From: a virus
Taxonomy: Duplodnaviria; Heunggongvirae; Uroviricota; Caudoviricetes
Reading direction: 5' to 3' (one strand)
DNA length: 34,102 nucleotides
Virus record (IMG/VR): IMGVR_UViG_2778261316_000008
The notes beneath the pieces were generated by a model. The model had not been told where the DNA came from. It ran no database searches and saw only the letters and a program-made list of their open reading frames with translations. Below are positions 1 through 8,202 of the stretch, one piece after another; the stretch's first letter is position 1; each line of letters starts with the position of its first letter. The position numbers and the translations under genes are program-made.

Positions 1-330
1 TCAGTAACCAAACAACGCCCATTTTAGTAGTGCATCTGCATCATTCTTCAAACTTCCAAGGTCTTTTCCTGGTGAAATTGTTGCCGCTACACCAAGCGCA
101 TTAAGTCGAAGCTGTGCCTGATGGAATCGACTCTCTTGCTGTAGGCCCAGAATTTCATTTTTATTCGCGACAGCATAACGCTGAATGGCTGACTTCGATA
201 CGCTGTAACCTTTATCGGCTAACCAGAGCGAGAGCCATTCATAACTGGTGAAGTTTGTGCGCGATAATTCGCTATGAAGCTCGGCACGAACATCCTCTGG
301 CAGTTTATCAATATTGCTTGGTCTGGCCAT
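1..330 (-). CDS. DUF3486-like protein (short paralogue of the gp27-like ORF at 12611-13156)
   Basis: ATG at 330 preceded by AGGAGG; N-terminal ~55 aa (MARxSxIxKLPEDVR...GYxxSKSAIxRY) clearly alignable with the 181-aa ORF at 12611; stop codon at bases 1-3. Confidence 0.6.
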   Translation of the reverse strand: MARPSNIDKLPEDVRAELHSELSRTNFTSYEWLSLWLADKGYSVSKSAIQRYAVANKNEILGLQQESRFHQAQLRLNALGVAATISPGKDLGSLKNDADALLKWALFGY

Positions 331-349
331 CTGTCCTCCTATAAATAGC

Positions 350-739
350 TTAGCTATTTTCCACCTTCTCTGAATCAGAGTCACCATCAAACAGTTTGCC
401 CTGCATCCGATCCAATTCTTCTTTTCTGACCCGCTTCACCACGCTGTAAACCCACTGTAGTGAAACACCGAATTTGCGGGCCAGTTCGTGATGGTTGCGT
501 CCGTCAAACTCCAGGAAGATTTCCCGGTCGCGCTGACTGACCTTCCAGACCATGCCCATCGGAAAATAGACGTTTTGCCCACCCCAGACCTGCATCATGC
601 GGTTCGCGACGGCCTGACCAATCTGGTCGGCAACTGCGGGTTCGATATCAATAATCTCGCGGACGGTCTCAGAGGTATGCTGTGCCAGTTCTACCAACAG
701 TTCCGGCCCTTTACTACGAAACTGATTCAGGTCACTCAT
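350..739 (-). CDS. Mor/C-family transcriptional activator (middle/late gene activator)
   Basis: 129-aa ORF from ATG at 739 (MSDLNQ...); C-terminal region (ELARKFGVSLQWVYSVVKRVR) has the HTH pattern of Mor-family activators; position after GemA-like gene as in Mu. Confidence 0.75.
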   Translation of the reverse strand: MSDLNQFRSKGPELLVELAQHTSETVREIIDIEPAVADQIGQAVANRMMQVWGGQNVYFPMGMVWKVSQRDREIFLEFDGRNHHELARKFGVSLQWVYSVVKRVRKEELDRMQGKLFDGDSDSEKVENS

Positions 740-1164
740 TGCTTCACTCCCGCAGCTCTGCTCTGCCACTTCTTCAGTTTCTCAATCACGCTACTTGCCT
801 GCTCATTGCTGAGCCAGCGTAACGCGCTGATGCCTGTTTCCCGTTTAACCCACAGCGCCAGCGCCTGCTCTGAACTGTCTCGGACGATGCCTGCGGCAGC
901 CATTTCAAGCCATAGCGCACGGATTTTCTTTGACTGCGGATGACTATCCAGCGGTAAGCCGGACCTGGCTTTCCCGGCAGGCTTAATGCGAAAGCCTTTA
1001 TTTTTCATGGATTCCAGCACGCGGTTTAGCTGTGGGGTATCCATCCCTTTGGTTGAGGCTTTGCCGGTCAGCCCCTGTAGCATCTGGCGGTAGGTGTCCT
1101 CATCCATCTGGAGGTCGCTGCGGGCAATATGAATGAGTTGAATAAGACGCTGCTTAGTCATCAT
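736..1164 (-). CDS. GemA-like protein (Mu gp16 family)
   Basis: ATG at 1164 (MMTKQRLIQLIHIARSDL...); motif LIxLIHxA...DDTYR...LxxxTGK resembles Mu GemA/gp16; 4-nt overlap with downstream activator gene. Confidence 0.65.
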   Translation of the reverse strand: MMTKQRLIQLIHIARSDLQMDEDTYRQMLQGLTGKASTKGMDTPQLNRVLESMKNKGFRIKPAGKARSGLPLDSHPQSKKIRALWLEMAAAGIVRDSSEQALALWVKRETGISALRWLSNEQASSVIEKLKKWQSRAAGVKQ

Positions 1165-1369
1165 TGCCACTCCTTTTACCTGCGCCACCGATATAGTCGA
1201 CATATAAAGGAAGCGCAACAGGCCAGCACAGGAACATAACGGCCCAACTGATCCAGTGTCCGGCACCGCTGTAACGTGAGTAAAACCCTGAACGGCGGTG
1301 CAGTTCAGCAGTACACCACCCCACGAGACCATACCAGAACAGGGCACATACAATTGATTCAGCCATCAT
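1154..1369 (-). CDS. small membrane protein (two predicted TM helices)
   Basis: ATGATG start at 1369; hydrophobic segments IVCALFWYGLVGW and WISWAVMFLCWPVALPLYV; 11-nt overlaps with both neighbours suggest translational coupling. Confidence 0.4.
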   Translation of the reverse strand: MMAESIVCALFWYGLVGWCTAELHRRSGFYSRYSGAGHWISWAVMFLCWPVALPLYVDYIGGAGKRSGNDD

Positions 1370-1586
1370 AATGAATACCACCCCAGTTAATATGAATGTT
1401 ACGGGCTGTAGTAACCGGATCGTTATTCCACCATGCACCTGACATGTAATTTTTAACCTGTTCTCGTCCAGCGATAACGCCAATTTGAATGCCGGGCCTT
1501 ACGTTCTTAAAAAAGGCGCGTGCAAAAAGATATTTAGCAGCTGTACGGCAAGGGTTCGGTGCTTTCTTCTTACGCGATAACATCAT
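1359..1586 (-). CDS. hypothetical small basic protein
   Basis: 75-aa ORF with ATG at 1586 overlapping stop of upstream gene; no recognisable domain. Confidence 0.35.
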   Translation of the reverse strand: MMLSRKKKAPNPCRTAAKYLFARAFFKNVRPGIQIGVIAGREQVKNYMSGAWWNNDPVTTARNIHINWGGIHYDG

Positions 1587-2272
1587 CTTTCAGCCCTCAG
1601 TTTATGCTGCTCCTGCCCGCCAACGGGCTGATGCAGGCGGACGTTTTCCCCTTCTCTGTAACCGATGTGGCGGGACATGTCTGCGTCACGTGATTTCCCG
1701 GCCCCACGGCCCGTAGTTGTGCCTGAGTCAGGGTATTTTTGTTCAAGCCAGAGGCTTGCCAGCTCCCGTTCTTCGCGGGACATAGCAAATAAATGAACCT
1801 CGCTGCGCACGGCCAGAACCCAGCCTTCGGCAAATTTGTCACCACGGCTGGTCTTGGTCGTGTTTTTGATTCTTTTATTCTGCTGTCGAATATAGTTTTT
1901 ACGGGCCATGATTAATTGTCTGGCCAGTACCTCCCATGTATATGAGGCCAGTTCAACCCGGTCTTTATTACCGTAAAAGCCAACGCTGGGTTTAAAGCCG
2001 GAGTGAATAATAGACTTAACGCCAAATGCCACCTGGATAATGTCCAGCAGACCCAGCATGTAACGCGGCGGATTAACGCTACCTGCAGCCCAGTAGTTAC
2101 TGACGCTTTCATCAATATCACTGAGTGCGAGGTCAGCCTGGGTGATGTTATAGGCTTGCATCAGTTTCTGGGCGCGTTGCAGTGCCAGTGCCGCTTCATG
2201 GGGGTTATCGGATTTAGCCAGCGCAAGTAGCTTTTTTAACTTCTCCAGCAGCTTTTCATTATTCTGCGGCAT
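1583..2272 (-). CDS. DUF2786-like protein
   Basis: N-terminus KLLEKLKKLLALAKSDNPHEAALALQRAQKLM matches the pattern I associate with DUF2786 proteins; ATG at 2272. Confidence 0.55.
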   Translation of the reverse strand: MPQNNEKLLEKLKKLLALAKSDNPHEAALALQRAQKLMQAYNITQADLALSDIDESVSNYWAAGSVNPPRYMLGLLDIIQVAFGVKSIIHSGFKPSVGFYGNKDRVELASYTWEVLARQLIMARKNYIRQQNKRIKNTTKTSRGDKFAEGWVLAVRSEVHLFAMSREERELASLWLEQKYPDSGTTTGRGAGKSRDADMSRHIGYREGENVRLHQPVGGQEQHKLRAER

Positions 2273-2555
2273 AAGTCACCCCCAGGCGTTCGGCAAGGCG
2301 TTCCAGCTTTTTCTGCTTATGAAAATCAATCATCAGGCCCATTCCGTTGAGGCGGAACTGTTCAATCATGATTTCAACGTCAGCCAGTTCGCCAGCCAGA
2401 TCAACTTCACTTCCCAGTCCGTTCATGTTGCGGGCGGCAGCAGCGGCCAGCTCGGCGGCTTCTTCCATCAGCTTCAGCGCCTGTGCTTCAGGGCCAAAGG
2501 TTTTCAGGGCCAGATTGTATATAGTGGAGCGGTTATATAATTTCATGCCTTTCAT
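2259..2555 (-). CDS. hypothetical protein, possible MazG-like all-alpha NTP pyrophosphohydrolase
   Basis: ATG at 2555 (MKGMKLYN...), ATGA overlap with upstream Zn-ribbon gene; pattern EEAAELAAA...ELADVEIMIEQF...KQKKLERL resembles MazG-type motifs (recall, not searched). Confidence 0.45.
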   Translation of the reverse strand: MKGMKLYNRSTIYNLALKTFGPEAQALKLMEEAAELAAAAARNMNGLGSEVDLAGELADVEIMIEQFRLNGMGLMIDFHKQKKLERLAERLGVTYAAE

Positions 2556-2740
2556 TTTTTTGCCTCGCAGGGGATGAACTCCATGGCCGGAACTTCGGTG
2601 TAGTAATGCTGGCTGCAGTGAGGGCATACCAGCGTGATGAGGACGGCTGGCACATGGTATTTACCAGAGGTAATGACGCTGGCGTCGCTGAACTTCAGGG
2701 TGGTGATACCTTTCTTACAGTTGGAACATTTGATGGACAT
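2552..2740 (-). CDS. small zinc-ribbon protein
   Basis: 62 aa with CxxC (CSNC) and CxxC (CPHC) pairs spaced about 35 residues apart. Confidence 0.5.
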   Translation of the reverse strand: MSIKCSNCKKGITTLKFSDASVITSGKYHVPAVLITLVCPHCSQHYYTEVPAMEFIPCEAKK

Positions 2741-2818
2741 GATTTATTCCTCAATGCTGTTTTCGGCGTGCAGAAGCCCACGGAGCTGACGCCGAAATAA
2801 AAGGAAATTGAATTAAAA

Positions 2819-3430
2819 TTAAATGGCAGCGATATCTAACGGAATATTAATTAGCTTCCCGTGTTTATCTTTCTCCCGGAAATTAATATAGGTTTTGGAC
2901 ATTGCCACCTGCAGTGATTCCGATATGGCCTCCATTGCCCGGTTCCAGCGCTCGTCCTGAATCTTGACGCGGCGCAGGGAAAGAATACGTCCGGTATTAA
3001 GCTGGCCCTCTTTGTCCACCTGAAAAGCATCGCTGATGATGGCCCGCAGGTTGGCGTTCGCGCCTTCCGACCACTCGGTGACGCACTCGTCTATCAGGTC
3101 TTTGGCAATCTGCAGCTCTGGCCCGAAGGTCAGGGTTTCCTGCACGCGGATGGTGATCTGCTGAGCACCGTCGAAGCTGCTGAAGGTCACGTTGCCTTTG
3201 GCACCGCCACGCGTTCTGCCGTACTTCTCGGCCACAAGGTCAAGCCAGGCATAGCACTCGTCAAAGGCACGACGCTTGAAGTCACTGAGTTCATCGCGTT
3301 TAACCTTCGCGGCGACAACCTGTTCTTTAACGAAAGAGTCCATCGCAAGGTCATAGTCAGACACCTGGTCAACCGGCACCAGACGCCCCTTGCGGTCTTT
3401 CATGTAGTTTTCTTTATTTACTTCGCTCAT
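2819..3430 (-). CDS. DUF3164-like protein (common in Mu-like early regions)
   Basis: 203-aa ORF; sequence pattern recalled from Mu-like prophage early-region proteins; assignment from memory. Confidence 0.55.
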   Translation of the reverse strand: MSEVNKENYMKDRKGRLVPVDQVSDYDLAMDSFVKEQVVAAKVKRDELSDFKRRAFDECYAWLDLVAEKYGRTRGGAKGNVTFSSFDGAQQITIRVQETLTFGPELQIAKDLIDECVTEWSEGANANLRAIISDAFQVDKEGQLNTGRILSLRRVKIQDERWNRAMEAISESLQVAMSKTYINFREKDKHGKLINIPLDIAAI

Positions 3431-3447
3431 CTCTGTTCACCTTATGG

Positions 3448-3717
3448 TTAATGTAACGACTCTGACCAGGTAATACGGCAGCCATGCAACTCAAAGACAC
3501 CCTGACGGAAGCGCCCTGAGCCGTCATGGCCAACATGGGTATAACTCGCTTTGCCCTGCTCCAGCAGGCGGGCACAGTGCCCGTTGCGGGCGATACGGAT
3601 AACCGGCTTACTGCCAGCAATCATGACGCTCTGCACGGTAGTGTTCATGGCGTTGAGCGCCATAATGGCGGACTGCACCTTGTTCATCTGCTGGTTGATA
3701 TCGGCGATGGATTTCAT
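3448..3717 (-). CDS. hypothetical protein
   Basis: 89-aa ORF, ATG at 3717 preceded by AAGGAG, immediately downstream of the ATPase stop. Confidence 0.5.
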   Translation of the reverse strand: MKSIADINQQMNKVQSAIMALNAMNTTVQSVMIAGSKPVIRIARNGHCARLLEQGKASYTHVGHDGSGRFRQGVFELHGCRITWSESLH

Positions 3718-3719
3718 GA

Positions 3720-4886
3720 TTAAACTCCTTTGACGACGTCGGCGTTGACCTGCGGGACCCCGATTTCAGCAGCCAGATTCATGGCGGCTATCACCAGGTT
3801 ACTGACGGCCAGCGGATACAGCAGGCTGACCATGCTTTTACGGCTACTACCCAGATTGCTCAGACGGGCGCGGATGGCTTCCACTGCGCTGGCGTCCATG
3901 ATGTCGGCCAGCTGCTTACCGGCACGTTGCAGTTTGAACGTCAGAAACTCTTCGAGGCTGTTGTCCAGCGGCAGCAGTTCAACCACCTCGCAGCGCTGGA
4001 CGACCTCACGGACTTCCATGTTGCGTTCGGACAGTTTGTCCGCCAGTTCAGGCTGGCCAATCAGCACGATGGACAGCAGTTTTTTGAAGCCGGACTCCAG
4101 TTCGAAGAAGCGTTTAAGGTGCTTCAGCGTCGGAATGGGAAGGCTGTGGGCCTCCTCAATCACCAGAACGTGGCTGAAACCCGCCTGACTGCTGTCCTTC
4201 AGGACTCGGTGCAACTGGCGGAAGCGGGCGTCCTGGCTGCGCTTGATACTCTCCAGCGGCGCGATGGTGCTGATGATGGCCTCGGCGATAGCTGCCGCCT
4301 TCAGGGTTTTGCCCTTCACGTCGTTGTCTTCCATGGCGATGATGTATGGCTCGATTACAATCACCGGCGCGTTCTCGCGGTTGACGCGTTCAATCAGGTC
4401 GCGGCGCAGCGTGGATTTACCCGCACCGGACTCGCCGATAACCGCCAGAAAGCCACCATGGCGGGCGGTCTGGAACAGCGCCTCACGCACGTAGCGGATA
4501 TCCGGCGTGGTGAACACATCGTCCGCGCCCTGCATGGCTTCATCGGCGAACGGATCACGGAAAAGGCCAAACGCTTTTTTGGTTGCTGGAAATAACACCT
4601 GCTTTTTGAGTAACATGTTCTCTTCCTCACTGAGGTTGGTTTTATCGGTAGTACCCGCTGTACGGGGCGTGACAGCGCCCTGTGCAGCATCAAAACTTTT
4701 CGCTGTATCAATCCCCTTACTTTCCAGATACAACGCCAGACGCTGGCGTACCTCTTCGGGGCTGGTGCGTGGCCACTCGTTATGGTTCACAATCTGGGCC
4801 AGCGTGGCCTCGGAAACGGCGACGGCTCTTGCCACCACCGCCTGCGGGATGCGGGCCTCTTTCAGTTGTTGCTTCAGTACCAGCAT
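3720..4886 (-). CDS. AAA+ transposition ATPase (MuB/TniB/ExeA-like)
   Basis: Walker A GESGAGKST, Walker B-like hhhVIEEAH; N-terminal HTH-like region; directly downstream of DDE transposase; RBS GGAGGAAGG. Confidence 0.8.
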   Translation of the reverse strand: MLVLKQQLKEARIPQAVVARAVAVSEATLAQIVNHNEWPRTSPEEVRQRLALYLESKGIDTAKSFDAAQGAVTPRTAGTTDKTNLSEEENMLLKKQVLFPATKKAFGLFRDPFADEAMQGADDVFTTPDIRYVREALFQTARHGGFLAVIGESGAGKSTLRRDLIERVNRENAPVIVIEPYIIAMEDNDVKGKTLKAAAIAEAIISTIAPLESIKRSQDARFRQLHRVLKDSSQAGFSHVLVIEEAHSLPIPTLKHLKRFFELESGFKKLLSIVLIGQPELADKLSERNMEVREVVQRCEVVELLPLDNSLEEFLTFKLQRAGKQLADIMDASAVEAIRARLSNLGSSRKSMVSLLYPLAVSNLVIAAMNLAAEIGVPQVNADVVKGV

Positions 4887-4896
4887 GCCTTCCTCC

Positions 4897-6666
4897 TCAG
4901 TTACCGTTAACGATGCTGATAACGCTGTTGCGGGCCGGAGTGGTCAGGGTAACCATCACCTCATCCAGCGCGGCTTCAGGTACGCCATCCGGGTACTGCG
5001 CCGTTAACTGGCGGTAATGTTCCGGCGTCCAGATATGGCCGTTAGCGCCAAACTTCTCGCGCAGGGCTTTCGCCGCCTCCACATGGGTCAGCGGACGCTG
5101 CTCAATACGCGGCCCGCGCACGTCTGAAGCCTGACCGCGCTTCGGCATATAGGCCGGAAGCGTGGTGTCGTCGATATGTTTGTACGGGTCAAGTCGCCCG
5201 CCGAACGGCAGCGCCTTCGCCTTGCGTGCAGCAGCTGCATCGGTGGCGTTATCGGTGCCCGTAACCAGCTCTTCGATTTCTTTTGCCGCCGTCTGCGCCG
5301 GGGTCTCCGGCAGGGCTTTGTAGTTTTCGCCAAATACCGCCGCGCTTTCGGCAAAGCCGAACTCGTTCTTTCTGACCTCCTCGACCAGGAAGAACGTCTC
5401 GTGACCGTCCTCACCGGTCAGCACCACCTGCGCCACATCGCTGCGCCACGGGTTACGGGTAATCATCAGTTTTTCGCCGACCAGTACGCCCGGTACCGTC
5501 GAAACGTCAAACTCATTGCCCCGGAACGAGACGCGCAGTTTTGGTGTGACCTTACGGAGTTCCGGTGCGGCCACCGCCAGTTCGCGGCAAACCTCAACGG
5601 ATGGCGCTTTTTTCAGCTGGTCAGCAGTAATCTTCAGCCAGATATCCGTGCGGGTTTTACCGTGGCGGCTGTGGACCGCCGTGGCGTTAAAGTGGCTGCG
5701 CCATTTCACCGCCAGTGCGTTCAGTTCGTCCAGGCTATGAACCGGCTGGAATTTGAGACCCGGCTCCAGTTTACGTTCGATAATGTCACGGGCCTTTTCC
5801 ACCTGCCCGGTGGCGCGGGCGTTATGCGGCTTGTGCGCTATCAGATTGATGCCCAGCGAGCGGCACATGTTTTTCGTCATGCCAGCGGTGTTCGCCGAAC
5901 CGGGATCAAGGTAGAGTATTTTCGGCACGCCGTGCAGCACGTCCGCGCCGCCGCGCTCCTGCATGGCGTTGATAAGCACAGAACAGAGGTTCTCACCAGA
6001 TTCCGCACCCATCACGTACTCAACGTAAATCCAGCCGCTGGTATGGTCGGTAATCTCGTAACTCCACACGCGGTCACTGGCGATGCGGGCGATGTTGGCA
6101 GGCTTGTTCTTGTAGAACTTCGAGCTGTCCATCACCTGCAACCCTTTATGGCCGTTGCTCAGGTAGTAAAGCGTACAAAGTGAGGCATCAATCTCCCAGA
6201 CGTGATTGGGATGCAGGCTGGCCATCTCGGACGACGGGGCCGGTGCGTCAAGCTGTTCCGGGTGCAGACCATAGTTCCGCAGGGCGCGGCTGATGGTGTC
6301 CTCGGACAGCGGGAAAAACTCGCCTGTGGCCTCGTCCGTTCTGCCAGCAGTGATAAAGCCGTTTGACCGCAGGGTCTCCACCGCATCCGCGATGGAATAC
6401 AGGCGCTTACCGTTCTTACGGGTGGCCTCGCGCAGCGTGGCAGATATCAGCGCGGCTTCGTCGCGGCTCAGGGCACTGCGCCCGGCATCGGCGCGTTTTT
6501 TACGTTTGTCAGTCACTGATACCTCCTTCAGCTTGCGCAGCAGGGTGGCGCGGGAAATGCCCAGTTCGGCGCAGGCGGCATCATATATCGCACCACGCTT
6601 ACCATGCCCCGCGTCACGTGCCGCGCGGGCAACATAAACCAGTCGTTCAGTCAGGGCGGCACTCAT
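4897..6666 (-). CDS. DDE transposase (Mu A-like / rve integrase core)
   Basis: 589 aa; N-terminal HTH, integrase-core-like region (HPNHVWEIDAS...LYLDPGSANTA...) and C-terminal Mu-transposase-like region; RBS AGGAGG before ATG at 6666. Confidence 0.85.
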   Translation of the reverse strand: MSAALTERLVYVARAARDAGHGKRGAIYDAACAELGISRATLLRKLKEVSVTDKRKKRADAGRSALSRDEAALISATLREATRKNGKRLYSIADAVETLRSNGFITAGRTDEATGEFFPLSEDTISRALRNYGLHPEQLDAPAPSSEMASLHPNHVWEIDASLCTLYYLSNGHKGLQVMDSSKFYKNKPANIARIASDRVWSYEITDHTSGWIYVEYVMGAESGENLCSVLINAMQERGGADVLHGVPKILYLDPGSANTAGMTKNMCRSLGINLIAHKPHNARATGQVEKARDIIERKLEPGLKFQPVHSLDELNALAVKWRSHFNATAVHSRHGKTRTDIWLKITADQLKKAPSVEVCRELAVAAPELRKVTPKLRVSFRGNEFDVSTVPGVLVGEKLMITRNPWRSDVAQVVLTGEDGHETFFLVEEVRKNEFGFAESAAVFGENYKALPETPAQTAAKEIEELVTGTDNATDAAAARKAKALPFGGRLDPYKHIDDTTLPAYMPKRGQASDVRGPRIEQRPLTHVEAAKALREKFGANGHIWTPEHYRQLTAQYPDGVPEAALDEVMVTLTTPARNSVISIVNGN

Positions 6667-6669
6667 GGG

Positions 6670-7578
6670 TTATGCCTCCTGCCCGTTAATCTCTGGCGTC
6701 GGGTCAGTCAGCCATGAAGGGGCGGCGTTGCCTGTCGGCTCGTCCGGCAGGTCAAATGTGGAGCGCAGGCTACGCGCGGTGCTTTCCAACTGGCAGACCA
6801 GACCGGCCATAAAGTCTCTGGGGGTATCAATCATATTTTCAGCACAGTATGCGCACAGGGTCTCAAAGGCGCTGGACAGTCGAACGGCGATGGCAGATTC
6901 CGCCTCAACCGCTAACGCTGTAACTTCCGCACGCAGCTTCTTCACCTCTTCGTCAGGCTTGGGCGGCTGGATACGGGATTTCTTCTCCAGTTTTGTGGAG
7001 AGCGAGTCGATTTTTTCGTTTTTGTCGGCAAGCACGCGCTGTTGTGCTGCGTTGGTTTCACGCGCTTCGCGTAGGGCCGCTTTCAGTTCGCGGCTTGTCA
7101 TGCGATCAATATCATCGAGGCTCATACCAGCAATCGTGCCGCCATCGGCTAATTCGACGAGGTCTTCGTCATCTTCCGTCATCAACTCAAACAGCTTTGT
7201 TTTACCCAAAAGCGCAAGCGCTTGCGCTTTTGGTTCAAGCTTGGGAGACAAATATTTGAGGGATGCTTGCATCATCACCTGCGCGGTACGTTTGGATAGG
7301 GACAACTGAGACTCAACGATGTCGATGAAGTCACCATGTGGTTCATTTTCTTTGAGAATTACCAGTCGTTTACCCGCCTCCAGCATGGCTTCAGCACTCT
7401 GAGCCATATAAAAACGTGTTTCATGGACAATACGATCACGTTCATACGGCAGGCCATCACCAAACTGCTGCATGATTTCGAGGCGATGTTCGGACATAGC
7501 ATTAAGACTGACACTGAGACCATCGGTCAGCGGTGCATCTTCCACTAGTTCAACTGGTTGTGATTTTGTGCGTCCCAT
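6670..7578 (-). CDS. hypothetical coiled-coil protein
   Basis: 302-aa ORF between the wHTH gene and the transposase; charged/coiled-coil central region; no confident family. Confidence 0.55.
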   Translation of the reverse strand: MGRTKSQPVELVEDAPLTDGLSVSLNAMSEHRLEIMQQFGDGLPYERDRIVHETRFYMAQSAEAMLEAGKRLVILKENEPHGDFIDIVESQLSLSKRTAQVMMQASLKYLSPKLEPKAQALALLGKTKLFELMTEDDEDLVELADGGTIAGMSLDDIDRMTSRELKAALREARETNAAQQRVLADKNEKIDSLSTKLEKKSRIQPPKPDEEVKKLRAEVTALAVEAESAIAVRLSSAFETLCAYCAENMIDTPRDFMAGLVCQLESTARSLRSTFDLPDEPTGNAAPSWLTDPTPEINGQEA

Positions 7579-7587
7579 TTCAACTCC

Positions 7588-7893
7588 TTAGCGACTACCA
7601 GCCATAACACGCTGGTTAATTTCATTGATACGATCCTGCGCCCGCGCCATTTCGGTACTGTGCGCCATGGCGATTTGTAAGAGCTGGACTCCTGGGGCAA
7701 AACGCCCGTTATCCAGTTTCAGGGCCAGTCCTTCTTCGATAAGGGTATTGAGCGCCCGATTGATATTCGCCGGGGACTCGCCCAGAGCTGACGCCAGCTC
7801 GCCGTTAGAAACACCGTTCAGAGCGTGACCGCGTAAAGCCTTAAGGACACGCAAAATACGGGTACCTGAGCTTGATGTATTTGGTTTACTCAT
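7588..7893 (-). CDS. small winged-HTH DNA-binding protein (IclR-N-terminal-like)
   Basis: 101 aa; RILRVLKAL...VSNGELASALGESPANINRALNTLIEEGL resembles the IclR-type HTH. Confidence 0.5.
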   Translation of the reverse strand: MSKPNTSSSGTRILRVLKALRGHALNGVSNGELASALGESPANINRALNTLIEEGLALKLDNGRFAPGVQLLQIAMAHSTEMARAQDRINEINQRVMAGSR

Positions 7894-8114
7894 GACGCCT
7901 CCTTGAGGATGCCGGGGGTAACTTCTTTGCCTATTGCGACCGAAAGGTCTCGCAAAATCCGATAAGTCAAACGACCGCGTGGAAGTTCGCTTTTGCCTGC
8001 CCAGCGGCTGACAGCCTGGGTGACTGTTCGTGGCTCATAGCCCGCGTTAAGCGCGAACTGGCGCAAGCTACTGCCTCTTTCAACCAGCCGTGCCCGAACT
8101 TGTTGTTTGTTCAT
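7890..8114 (-). CDS. Ner-like DNA-binding protein (putative early/lytic regulator)
   Basis: 74 aa from ATG at 8114 (alternative GTG at 8120); LRQFALNAGYEPRTVTQAVSRW resembles Ner/Nlp family; first gene of the leftward arm, divergent from the repressor. Confidence 0.5.
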   Translation of the reverse strand: MNKQQVRARLVERGSSLRQFALNAGYEPRTVTQAVSRWAGKSELPRGRLTYRILRDLSVAIGKEVTPGILKEAS

Positions 8115-8202
8115 ATGCACCGTGTTCCTGTTGGGTTATGATGTACTCTATTGGGTCTATTGTACGCACCCGAACGGGTATGTCAAATTGAGATATGTTC
8201 AA
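8115..8202. promoter_or_regulatory. divergent promoter/operator region between Ner-like gene and repressor
   Basis: 88-bp gap between divergent start codons; two copies of CT(R)TTGGGT(Y)TA at 8129-8140 and 8149-8160 spaced 20 bp apart. Confidence 0.5.

Noticed and set aside
488-943. 151-aa plus-strand ORF
   Set aside because: Antisense to the Mor-family and GemA-like genes, which have recognisable motifs and coupled starts on the minus strand.
3927-4595. 222-aa ORF on the plus strand
   Set aside because: Antisense to the AAA+ ATPase gene, which has clear Walker motifs on the minus strand.
5176-6183. 335-aa ORF on the plus strand
   Set aside because: Antisense to the DDE transposase gene; no RBS or domain features, Arg/Ala-rich composition typical of spurious GC-rich ORFs.
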